A DNA stretch of 32,000 bases from Promethearchaeia archaeon (GTDB lineage: Archaea; Asgardarchaeota; Lokiarchaeia; Sigyniarchaeales; SOKP01): contig JAWOFX010000106.1 of assembly GCA_046497275.1 (NCBI GenBank), positions 93-32,092 on the forward strand. The letters are read 5' to 3'. A program made the position numbers and the translations under genes. The stretch's first letter is position 1. Every line of letters starts with the position of its first letter. Below the pieces are notes generated by a model. It had not been told where the DNA came from. It worked only from the letters and a program-made list of their open reading frames with translations, and did no database searches. This document shows, one piece after another, positions 9,659 through 18,306 of the stretch.

Positions 9659-11329
9659 TTAATTTTTAAGTGTCTTAGAGACATAGGGACCATCTAATAC
9701 ATATCCCATATCATAGAACCAACTTCTTACTCCAATTCCACTAATGACAGAAAGCTTTTTAGCATCAAAATCTCTTATGGCTATTTCTTCTGCTTCTTCT
9801 AATAAAGAAGTTCCGAATCCTCTATGTTGGAGTTGGGTTTTGTTATAAGGTTTTTTATCTTTTGCAACCAATTCTCCAACAACTTTTATTTCTCTCACGA
9901 CCATCGTGTTTCCGTCATTCAACTCTGGTCGATGTGCAAAATCTGATGGTTTTCTTAATCTCAAATATCCAATCAATAGATTATCCTTTTTATTTTCATA
10001 AGAAAGAAATACTTCATTTCCTTTCGAAGCAATATAATCTTTTCTATATAAACCAACTTCTTTTATAATTGATTCATTTAAAGTTTGTTTTCTAGTTTGG
10101 ATTCCATATTCTCTGCATCGAATACAGTTGCATTTAGAGTTTAGTTCAAGTAATCTTTCATGCACTAGTTGCCTTAAATTGCTTTTTTTACATCCTGCCT
10201 CTATTAAAGGTGCTGGGATATCACGCATGACTCTTTGAATACGTACATATGAAGGTACCATTTGTTTCCAAGTAGCAATAAGGTCGATTAAAATGTCCAA
10301 GGGATATGGTTTATAGGCACCATTTACCCATAACTTATATAATTCTGTTCCCTTTATAACTAAGCATGGATAAATTTTAAGCATGTCTGGTCTATAATTC
10401 GGATCTTCGAAAAGAATTTGAAACATATCTAAATCCTTTTCATATGAAGATCCTGGTAAGTTGGGCATTATGTGAGCGTTTATTTTCAACCCCGCATCCT
10501 TGGTTATCCTAATTGCTTCAATACTATCTTGAGTAGTATGATCTCTATTCACTAATTGATATATCTCATCAAAGACTGTTTGAATTCCAATCTCTACTCT
10601 AGTTGTTCCATATTCAAGCATTTTATCAACATGAGTTCTCTTGCAATAATCAGGCCTTGTTTCTATGGTAATTCCAATGATTCTTCTTTTTGAAGTTTCT
10701 GCTAATTTCTTAGCTTCTTCTAATGTATCCACTCGTTTATTTATAATTGCTTCAAGAGCTCCTTTGATAAATTCTTTTTGATATATTTCATCAGCAGAGA
10801 GAAAGGTTCCTCCCATGATAACTAACTCAATTTTATCAACATTATGGCCGATAGCTTCAAGATCTTCGATTCTACTTCTTACTTGTTTATAAGGATCATA
10901 ATTATAATGAATCGATCTCATTGCAGCTGGTTCTCTTCCCGTGTAGGATTGTGCTACCTTTTCTCCTGGCTGGGATTCAGAGCCAGGACAATAAATACAG
11001 TTTCCAGGGCATTCGAGAGGTTTTGTCATAATAGCAATAACTGATACTCCTGAAATGCTTCTGGTTGTCCTTCTTCTTAATTTAGTATTTATAAGACGTC
11101 TTTCTTCTTTTGTGAAATTTACCTGATCAACATAATCAAGAATAGTTGCATTTTTTATAACTCTACTATAATCGTATTTCTTGGCAAATCTTCCCTTTAT
11201 GTTTGTGATTTTCGAACGTGGTGTCTGAGGATTGCTAAGTAAATAATTTATGGTGCTAAGTGCAATATTTTTAATCTTTTCTTGATTATCAGAAGGATTT
11301 AAATTCATTTTATTCATGAGATGCATCAA
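9659..11329 (-). CDS. elp3: Elongator protein 3 (radical SAM + GNAT, tRNA wobble U carboxymethylation)
   Basis: CPGNCIYCP radical SAM motif, QSYTGREPAAMR, IMGGTF, TIETRPDY, RVEIGIQT, C-terminal QHRGFGTSLL and ISGIGVRSWFYDMGY. Exact start uncertain. Confidence 0.96.
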   Translation of the reverse strand: MMHLMNKMNLNPSDNQEKIKNIALSTINYLLSNPQTPRSKITNIKGRFAKKYDYSRVIKNATILDYVDQVNFTKEERRLINTKLRRRTTRSISGVSVIAIMTKPLECPGNCIYCPGSESQPGEKVAQSYTGREPAAMRSIHYNYDPYKQVRSRIEDLEAIGHNVDKIELVIMGGTFLSADEIYQKEFIKGALEAIINKRVDTLEEAKKLAETSKRRIIGITIETRPDYCKRTHVDKMLEYGTTRVEIGIQTVFDEIYQLVNRDHTTQDSIEAIRITKDAGLKINAHIMPNLPGSSYEKDLDMFQILFEDPNYRPDMLKIYPCLVIKGTELYKLWVNGAYKPYPLDILIDLIATWKQMVPSYVRIQRVMRDIPAPLIEAGCKKSNLRQLVHERLLELNSKCNCIRCREYGIQTRKQTLNESIIKEVGLYRKDYIASKGNEVFLSYENKKDNLLIGYLRLRKPSDFAHRPELNDGNTMVVREIKVVGELVAKDKKPYNKTQLQHRGFGTSLLEEAEEIAIRDFDAKKLSVISGIGVRSWFYDMGYVLDGPYVSKTLKN

Positions 11330-11443
11330 AAATTTAAAGTCAATTTTAATAATCGATTAAAAAACAAATATTTTATTATAATTATGTAAAAGAAAATGAA
11401 TATTTTTGATTAAGAGAATCTAAATGTAATACTAGATTCCATC

Positions 11444-12292
11444 CTAAATTTTTGATTTCTTTCCTGTAATATCTCGCCTAAATTTTCCAAAGTCATCAAT
11501 TTTACGCAAAATTTGAGAATTAAACACAGGTCCATCAAAGCATACTAATAAACCCAGTGGATCTAAAGTGCATAATCCACATAATCCACATCCGCACCTC
11601 ATCATACGTTCAAGGCTTGCTTCCATAGGAATGTTTTTTTCTTCACAAACATGAAATATTTCATACATCATTTTTTCAGGACCGCAAGTATAAACTAACG
11701 CATTTGACAAACTTTTTTTGGAATACTTTTTAATCTCATTGTTGAAGATAGTTGAGGCAAAACCTTCACTACCAAAACTTCCATCATCTGTACAAAATAT
11801 AACATTCGAGAAATCATGATCAAGTGACTCAAATTGATTAATAAATATGATTTCTCTCTCTTTATTTGCTCCTTCGATTATAGTATGTTTTAATTTTTTT
11901 TCTGCTAGTTTCTTAGCCAGAAAATTAAGAGGTGCTATTCCAGTTCCACCACCAATAAGAAAAATCAGTTTTGTTTTATCTTTTGGAATTGTAAATGAAT
12001 TCCCCAAGGGACCTCTAAAACCAATATAATCACCTTGAGAAAGATTGCATAATATATTGGTACACTCACCTACATTTTTAACCGTAATTGTCCAATTTCC
12101 TTTCAAATCTGCGCCTGATAATGACATAGGAATTTCATCAACTCCGGGAACCCAGACCATTACAAATTGTCCTGGCATAGGTTTTATATTGGAATCTAAA
12201 ATATTTTTAACATTAAATGTAAGATTCAAAACACCATCGCATTCCTCTTCTATATTCTTGATTTTAACTGAATTAATTTGATTTTTATTCAA
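11444..12292 (-). CDS. pyrK: Dihydroorotate dehydrogenase electron transfer subunit
   Basis: PGQFVMVWVPGVDEIPMSLS, RGPLGNSF, IGGGTGIAPL, TDDGSFG, CGPEKMM, [2Fe-2S] motif CGCGLCGLC...CFDGPVF; overlaps the pyrD stop. Confidence 0.95.
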   Translation of the reverse strand: MNKNQINSVKIKNIEEECDGVLNLTFNVKNILDSNIKPMPGQFVMVWVPGVDEIPMSLSGADLKGNWTITVKNVGECTNILCNLSQGDYIGFRGPLGNSFTIPKDKTKLIFLIGGGTGIAPLNFLAKKLAEKKLKHTIIEGANKEREIIFINQFESLDHDFSNVIFCTDDGSFGSEGFASTIFNNEIKKYSKKSLSNALVYTCGPEKMMYEIFHVCEEKNIPMEASLERMMRCGCGLCGLCTLDPLGLLVCFDGPVFNSQILRKIDDFGKFRRDITGKKSKI

Positions 12293-13212
12293 TATTCTGG
12301 CTCCTCCTGAGTTTTGAATGTATGTGCTTCTCCAATTAATTTGGAAATATTATTAATACTATTTCTTTTCAAATAATCTTTTAAATCCTTATTAATTTCA
12401 GTCAATGTATCAACTCCCTTATGTAATGCTGTGCCTATTTGAACTGCACTTGCTCCTGCCAAAATGAATTCTATAACATCTTTCCAATTAGATATACCAC
12501 CACAGCCTATGATTGGAATTTTTAATTTGTCATAAAGGTCAAAAACTTTTTTAATGGCGATTGGATGGATTGCTCGGCCTGATAAACCCCCATTCCCATG
12601 AGAAAGAATAGGGGCCTTAACATTAATGTCAATAACCATTGCTGCGAGTGTATTTATTGCTACAACTGCATCAGCACCACCATTTTCAGCAGCTAAACCT
12701 ATCTTTGTGATATCAGTCACATTTGGATTAAGTTTGACAAAAAGAGGAACAGATATTTTTTCCTTTAGAGATTTTACTAATGAATATGTGAGCTCTGGAT
12801 CAACTCCAATAGATGAAACCTTAGCGTGGGGGCAGGAAATATTTACTTCTATAGCATCACATCCTGATTTCTCCGCCTTTAATGCAACTTTAATATAGGA
12901 TTCAATGGTATCTCCAAAAACACTCACAATTAACGGGAAATCAAAACTTTTAATTTTTTTAATTTCTTCTTGAAATTCATCTATTCCCGGATTCGCCAAT
13001 CCAACACTATTTATAAAAGTTCCTTCAAAAACTTCAAATATAGATGGGTTTTTATATCCTTTCCTTGGTCGAGGACCAACAGATTTAGTAGTTATTGCTC
13101 CCGCCCCAGCATCAATCACTCGTTTCATAGAGGAATAGGAAACACCCAATATCCCAGAAGCTAATATCAATGGAGATTGTAATTTTAATACACCAATATT
13201 TGTTTCTAGCAT
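12289..13212 (-). CDS. pyrD: Dihydroorotate dehydrogenase (class 1B) catalytic subunit
   Basis: ILASGILG, INSVGLANPG, EVNISCPH, VKLNPN, INTLAAM, GGLSGRAIHPIA, PIIGCGGI, GASAVQIGTA. Confidence 0.96.
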   Translation of the reverse strand: MLETNIGVLKLQSPLILASGILGVSYSSMKRVIDAGAGAITTKSVGPRPRKGYKNPSIFEVFEGTFINSVGLANPGIDEFQEEIKKIKSFDFPLIVSVFGDTIESYIKVALKAEKSGCDAIEVNISCPHAKVSSIGVDPELTYSLVKSLKEKISVPLFVKLNPNVTDITKIGLAAENGGADAVVAINTLAAMVIDINVKAPILSHGNGGLSGRAIHPIAIKKVFDLYDKLKIPIIGCGGISNWKDVIEFILAGASAVQIGTALHKGVDTLTEINKDLKDYLKRNSINNISKLIGEAHTFKTQEEPEY

Positions 13213-13238
13213 TTGTTTCTAGAATTTGTTTCTAGCAT
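13198..13238. repeat. 3 x 13-bp tandem repeat spanning the pyrD start codon
   Basis: TTGTTTCTAGCAT (13200-13212), TTGTTTCTAGAAT (13213-13225), TTGTTTCTAGCAT (13226-13238). Confidence 0.9.
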
Positions 13239-13300
13239 TATTATTATTTAAGTATTAAACATTAATAATATTACAAGTCTATTTATGAGAGCGTCTAAAA

Positions 13301-14482
13301 ATGAAATGTTATATTATTGACACTTTGATTGGATTATTTGCGCAAGATAATCAAGGGAATTTATTAAATTTTAGAAATTTTAATGATCAAACAGAAAGCG
13401 CAATAAATTTCTTCACAAAACTCGATCAAGGAGAATTATTAGAAGAATATATAAATCTTTTGGATGAATTAACAAATTCTGGATTTGATACATTTATATT
13501 TGATAATGAAAATCTGAAAGCTGCGACCTCAGAAAAATTACATATAAATGCCAAATTAGAACCATCATCCTTAGAATTTAAGAATTTTAGATCCAACCTT
13601 CTTGAGAAATTAAAAACAATTGGATTGAACTACACTGAACAAGAAATTAAAAAAAGGTATAAAAAGATAAGCCAAGAACTTATACGGCAAAAAGTTAGAG
13701 AGGCAGGTGAAGAAAAGGATATATTTATTGTTCAAGTAATCGAGATATTAGATTCTCTCAAAGAAGCAATAAGTCAATTTTCAAGTCGCTTGAGGGAATG
13801 GTATGGCTTACATTTTCCCGAACTCACCGATAGGATTATTGAGGATAATATATTATTAGCCGAAATTGTTGCAAAGGTAGGAAACAGAAAAAACTACAAT
13901 GAAGAAGTTTTTAAAAACGGATTTGAAATTCCCCAAAGATTAATAGAGAAGTTAATAAATATGTCCACGAAATCAATGGGAGCAGATATCAATCTCAAAA
14001 TGGTTAAAGATTTCGCTCAACAGATTCTCTCAATCAATAATTATAGAATATCTTTAGAATCATATTTAGAGGATCTTATGTCCATAACGGCACCAAATAT
14101 TCAAGCTATTGTAGGATCTCTCATAGGTGCAAAATTAATCGCAAAAGCAGGAAATCTTCGAAAATTAGCATTTATGCCAGCTTCAAGAATCCAACTTTTA
14201 GGAGCTGAGACCGCGTTATATAGACATTTAAAATCGGGACAAAAGCTCCCCAAACATGGAATTATTTTTCAATGGCAGCAAATTCGTGGAAATCCCCCTT
14301 GGATACGGGGGAATATAGCGAGATTAATTGCTGGTAAACTGGGGTTAGCAGCAAAAATAGACTATTTTTCCGGAGATTTTGTAGGGGAAGAATATGCAAA
14401 AGAGATTGAAGAAAAGATCGAAGAAATAAAGAAAAAATATCCAACACCTCCCGAAAGAAAACCAAAGAAAAAAAGGAAATAA
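13301..14482 (+). CDS. nop5: Box C/D sRNP core protein Nop5 (Nop56/58 homolog)
   Basis: RLREWYGLHFPEL, APNIQAIVGSLIGAKLI, PASRIQLLGAETALYRHL, PKHGIIFQ, RGNIARLIAGKLGLAAKID, basic C-tail. Confidence 0.96.
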   Translation: MKCYIIDTLIGLFAQDNQGNLLNFRNFNDQTESAINFFTKLDQGELLEEYINLLDELTNSGFDTFIFDNENLKAATSEKLHINAKLEPSSLEFKNFRSNLLEKLKTIGLNYTEQEIKKRYKKISQELIRQKVREAGEEKDIFIVQVIEILDSLKEAISQFSSRLREWYGLHFPELTDRIIEDNILLAEIVAKVGNRKNYNEEVFKNGFEIPQRLIEKLINMSTKSMGADINLKMVKDFAQQILSINNYRISLESYLEDLMSITAPNIQAIVGSLIGAKLIAKAGNLRKLAFMPASRIQLLGAETALYRHLKSGQKLPKHGIIFQWQQIRGNPPWIRGNIARLIAGKLGLAAKIDYFSGDFVGEEYAKEIEEKIEEIKKKYPTPPERKPKKKRK

Positions 14483-14499
14483 TGAGTTGATATGATATA

Positions 14500-15192
14500 A
14501 TGAATAATATTAAAATCCGAAAACACCCAAAAATATATAATGTATTTGTATCGGGGCCTTTATCCAATCCGCGTTTATATACAAGGAATTTAGTTCCTGG
14601 AAGAAAAATTTATGATGAAAAATTAATTGAGGTTGATGGGATTGAATATAGAAGCTGGGATCCCAAAAGAAGTAAATTAGCGGCTATTTTTATAAATGAT
14701 CCCTCAATTAGTTTTTTGAGAAAAGCTAATAAATGTTTGTACCTAGGTGCCGCTTCAGGGACTACAATTTCACATCTTAGCGATATTTTACCTAATGGAA
14801 TAATTTATGCAGTAGAATTTTCTGAGCGCAGCATTCGACAATTAATTCAAAATACTTCAGATAGAAAAAATGTAATTCCTATATTAGCAGATGCACGCTA
14901 TCCAGTAGATTATGCAAATGCCATTTTTACTGATATTGATTTAGTCTATCAAGATGTTGCTCAACCAAATCAATCTGAAATTATAGTTAAAAATATGGAT
15001 TATTATCTTAAAAAAAATGGAACTTTTATCTTTCTAATAAAATCACAATCAATTGATAGTATCTCAAAATCAGAGAAAATTTACAGCGAGGAAAAAAAAA
15101 TTCTCCAAAAAGCAGAGTATAAAATACAAGAAAGTATCAATATTCATAATTTCGCTAAAAATCATATAGCTTTAATTGGAGAGAAAAAATAA
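14500..15192 (+). CDS. flpA: Fibrillarin-like rRNA/tRNA 2'-O-methyltransferase
   Basis: EYRSWDPKRSKLAA, LYLGAASGTTISHLSD, YAVEFS, NVIPILADAR, YQDVAQPNQ; directly after nop5. Confidence 0.97.
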   Translation: MNNIKIRKHPKIYNVFVSGPLSNPRLYTRNLVPGRKIYDEKLIEVDGIEYRSWDPKRSKLAAIFINDPSISFLRKANKCLYLGAASGTTISHLSDILPNGIIYAVEFSERSIRQLIQNTSDRKNVIPILADARYPVDYANAIFTDIDLVYQDVAQPNQSEIIVKNMDYYLKKNGTFIFLIKSQSIDSISKSEKIYSEEKKILQKAEYKIQESINIHNFAKNHIALIGEKK

Positions 15193-15258
15193 TATTTTGC
15201 TTACTTTTTCATATTGAAACTGTAAATCATTTTACCCATATCTAATGATTTAGACGAT

Positions 15259-15982
15259 TTATTCATTAAAATATTGAGTTATTTTCCTATTATAAAGCTC
15301 TAAATCCAAGATTTTTTTTGTTGTCTGCCATGTTTTTCGAGCAAATGTTGGTGCTCTTTTTTCGATACGGATCCATTCTTTTAAAAAATTTATAGTAAGC
15401 TCATCAGAGGGATATCCTGAGCCAAGATCTGAATATCCCATATTTAAATATTTTTCTCGCAAGGAAGTTATAATCATATCGCGTTTATGTTTTGCAATGA
15501 TTGACGCTGCTGAAACGATGGGATAATTTTCATCTGCCTTATGCTCTGATATTAATTTTAGAGGTTTATAATCTAATTTTTTACCAATCAAATTTTTAAA
15601 TTTTTCCGCATTCGTATCGGCAGCATCCATATAAACTATGTCTGGCTTTAATTCATTGATTATTTCTGCAAATTTATTCATTTCGAGGCCATTTAAATTA
15701 ATATCATTATCAAATCTTTTATCAATCTCTTGAGCAGATATAACTAACGAATCATAACACACACAAGCATTTTTTATTAATTTAGAAAGATTTGCACGCT
15801 TTTCTGGACTCAATAATTTAGAATCTTTTACTCCAATCTTTTCGAGATAATGTAAATTTGATTGTGCAAAACAAACACCGCAAACAACCAGTGGACCTAA
15901 TACGGGGCCTTTTGGGCAATTAGGCGATATGCCTTAAATAACTCCCAGCCTCGTCAATTCCACAGATTAAAAAATCTTTCAT
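15259..15982 (-). CDS. rnhB: Ribonuclease HII, interrupted by a 31-nt putative intron: join(complement 15942-15982, 15259-15910), 230 aa
   Basis: Removing 15911-15941 gives [52 protein letters not shown]..., in frame with the track ORF 15259..15813. YMDAAD, HKADE, VSAASIIAK, GSGYPSD and a C-terminal PIP-like RKITQYF are all intact. Confidence 0.93.
15911..15941 (-). other. Putative bulge-helix-bulge (BHB) mRNA intron
   Basis: Pre-mRNA ACGAGGC-UGGG-AG/U-UAUUUAAGGCAUAUCGCCUAAUUG-CCCA-AA/A-GGCCCCGU. Central 4-bp helix UGGG:CCCA, two 3-nt bulges (AGU, AAA), and cuts after bulge nt 2 give exactly the frame-restoring junction AG^A (Arg). Confidence 0.85.
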
Positions 15983-16128
15983 TATAATATTATCAGATTT
16001 GTGTAAAAATTCGATTTTAATTAATATATTAAAACATTTTAATCGATAAAAAAATAAATATTGTTATATAATAAAGCAGTAATAAAATATTATTGGAATA
16101 CTTAGAGATATCGAGTTTTAATACAATT

Positions 16129-17151
16129 CTAATTAATTGAAGTAGATTTTTCTGAATCTTGTACGAGGTTTATGAATTCTTCCTCATCATCGATTTTTTC
16201 TAATTGTTTAATCTTAATAATCGGAATTTTCTCCTTCGGAAGATTTTTAGGTATTTTTATACCATTATTTATGATAAATATCGCTTGCTTATGAAACAAA
16301 TTTGTAAGGATTTTTAAATTTTGTAGGCATTTTAAATTGATCTCCTTAATTTTTTCTTTTTCAGAAACCTCAGAGAATAATGGATAAAATTGATTTTCTA
16401 TATCTACTTCCAAATTTTTGGAAGAGAGTAAGACTTCGAAAGGGAATTGCCTTTTATACCAATATGATTTTATACCAATATCTTCAATAATATCTCGAAG
16501 ATGTTCCTCAAAAGGACTTAATTCTTTTTCTTTTTCAATAGTCAATTTTTCGAAATCGAATTTAAAATGCCAATCTAACACATCTATATTTCGTACAAAA
16601 GAGTTAGAGCCCAGAGCTTTTCCAAGTTTCTCGGCAATCTCCATTGAGGGTCTCATATTTTCGCTTTCATATGAGCAGAGAGTTCTTTTTGTTATTCCAA
16701 TCTGATCTGATAATTCTTTTCTAGATATTTTTTTCTCTTCCCTCAGTTTTTTCATAATATCTCCATCAAGAAAAACAACACCACCCCCTCTTCTAGCCAA
16801 AATATAGGGATAAAATCCTTCTCTTAATATTTTTTCTAAAGTATTTATATTGATAAAGGGTAAACCTTCTCGTATATATATTGTATTATCTTCCAGCTTT
16901 TGGTATCTATTTTTCATTCCAATAAGAAGAGGTTTTGATTTTAAAAGTTTTGAAAGTAATTTAATACCTTCAAGTATATCCTCATTAATATTATCGATAT
17001 TTGAAAATAATTTTACTATAAATACCAGATTATACTTCTTGACTAGAAAATCGTAGCAGTAGCTCTGTCTGTTAGTATTAAATCTGAATGAAAATGTTTC
17101 AAACTGTGCTTCATTTAATAGATGTTCAATTTTTTGTAAAATTTTTTCCAT
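16129..17151 (-). CDS. Archaeal HTH transcriptional regulator (COG1395-like, XRE-type HTH)
   Basis: N-terminal YDFLVKK...FIVKLFSNIDNI...KLEDNTIYIREG, RRGGGVVFLDG, HTH KLREEKKISRKELSDQIGITKRTLCSYESENMRPS. Confidence 0.85.
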   Translation of the reverse strand: MEKILQKIEHLLNEAQFETFSFRFNTNRQSYCYDFLVKKYNLVFIVKLFSNIDNINEDILEGIKLLSKLLKSKPLLIGMKNRYQKLEDNTIYIREGLPFININTLEKILREGFYPYILARRGGGVVFLDGDIMKKLREEKKISRKELSDQIGITKRTLCSYESENMRPSMEIAEKLGKALGSNSFVRNIDVLDWHFKFDFEKLTIEKEKELSPFEEHLRDIIEDIGIKSYWYKRQFPFEVLLSSKNLEVDIENQFYPLFSEVSEKEKIKEINLKCLQNLKILTNLFHKQAIFIINNGIKIPKNLPKEKIPIIKIKQLEKIDDEEEFINLVQDSEKSTSIN

Positions 17152-17210
17152 TTGTTCTACTAGTACTATACGATTTGTATTAAAAAATCTTTATTGTTAT
17201 TAAGAATAAT

Positions 17211-18026
17211 CTAAAAATGATATCTAAAAATTTGAAGAACTTCCTTTCCCTCTTTGGTTAAATAGATCTTTTTGTTTCTTTTATGATCTGATACATTAAT
17301 ATAATTTAATTCCGAATTCAACCTATTTAGATATTTTTTGCTGTTCATATATTTACTTGCTTTTAATTTCCTTTCATCTTTATTCTTATTTTGTAAAGTT
17401 AATACTTTCTCTTTATAGAGCTGTTCAACTAAATCTTTTTTATATATAAATTTTCTTTTCTTTTCATTGTAATCTTTTCCCTTATATCTTTCTTCTATTA
17501 ATTTATCAATTAATTTGAGGATTTTAATATATATTTCTTTTGGTTTTTTCAAAGGAAAAGTTAGGGGCTCAATAAGGATCATTTCACCTTTATGTTCGGG
17601 GCCCTCACCAGATGGATTATAATCTGTAGAGTAAACATAGTAGATATCGCAGTCCCACAATTTTGCTGCTTCAACAGATGCAATACCAGTTAATTTCGAT
17701 CCTGATCCAACATTAATATAAATCTCGCAATTAGGATTTTCTTCTCTTTCATCTTTAATAATTTTAGAGATCTCTTGAATAACCTCGATATAATTGGCAT
17801 AGTCAACTTCTTTTTTAATTATTTCAAGTTGAGGGAGTTTATTTTTAAGAAGTTCTATATTTTGCTCTAAATATGATAAATTCTGATCCTTTTGTCCCGT
17901 GTCACGAATGTAGGCGGTGAAATAATATAATTTGTTTGGAGGATGATCAAGTAAAGGTTTTGTTATTCGGTCTTTTTCTCTTGAATTGAAAACGAGATGG
18001 ATTTGTTTTGTGAAGATATTAATCAC
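17211..18026 (-). CDS. DUF6293-like protein (CARF-like N-domain plus C-terminal winged helix)
   Basis: IHLVF...DRITKPL...NKLYYF, IYINVGSGSKLTGIAS...AAKLW, C-terminal wHTH ending KKIYLTKEGKEVL. Confidence 0.7.
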   Translation of the reverse strand: MINIFTKQIHLVFNSREKDRITKPLLDHPPNKLYYFTAYIRDTGQKDQNLSYLEQNIELLKNKLPQLEIIKKEVDYANYIEVIQEISKIIKDEREENPNCEIYINVGSGSKLTGIASVEAAKLWDCDIYYVYSTDYNPSGEGPEHKGEMILIEPLTFPLKKPKEIYIKILKLIDKLIEERYKGKDYNEKKRKFIYKKDLVEQLYKEKVLTLQNKNKDERKLKASKYMNSKKYLNRLNSELNYINVSDHKRNKKIYLTKEGKEVLQIFRYHF

Positions 18027-18306
18027 TTTTTAATTATGTTAAATGTGATTATTTAATAAAATTAATTCATCATTATATATTTTAAACTAAAATCTTAGTT
18101 AAAAATTTAGCTCTTGTAAATTTTGAAAGATTTTTTTCTACTTTTAATATTCTAACAAAAGACCCCCTTTAGAAAAATTTTAATTAAAGGTTATGAAAAC
18201 TTAATTATTTAAATTTGAATTCAAATAAAAATCAGAATTTTTTATAATGGATTGTTAATTTAGAAATATATTATACGACGATCAGTATAAATTAAATGAT
18301 GAGTAA

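Noticed and set aside
8121-13164. Plus-strand ORFs 8121..8342, 9862..10068, 10844..11044, 11847..12029, 12045..12281, 12626..12898, 12970..13164
   Set aside because: Short antisense overlaps of well-supported genes (gatE, elp3, pyrK, pyrD); no motifs.
13213-13238. pyrD repeat as an intron
   Set aside because: It is a direct tandem repeat with no BHB pairing, and pyrD is complete from ATG 13212 without splicing.
15259-15813. Track ORF read as a truncated or pseudogenised RNase HII
   Set aside because: The missing N-terminus is present upstream, all catalytic motifs are intact, and the interruption has precise BHB geometry. A random frameshift or decay would not be expected to give this.
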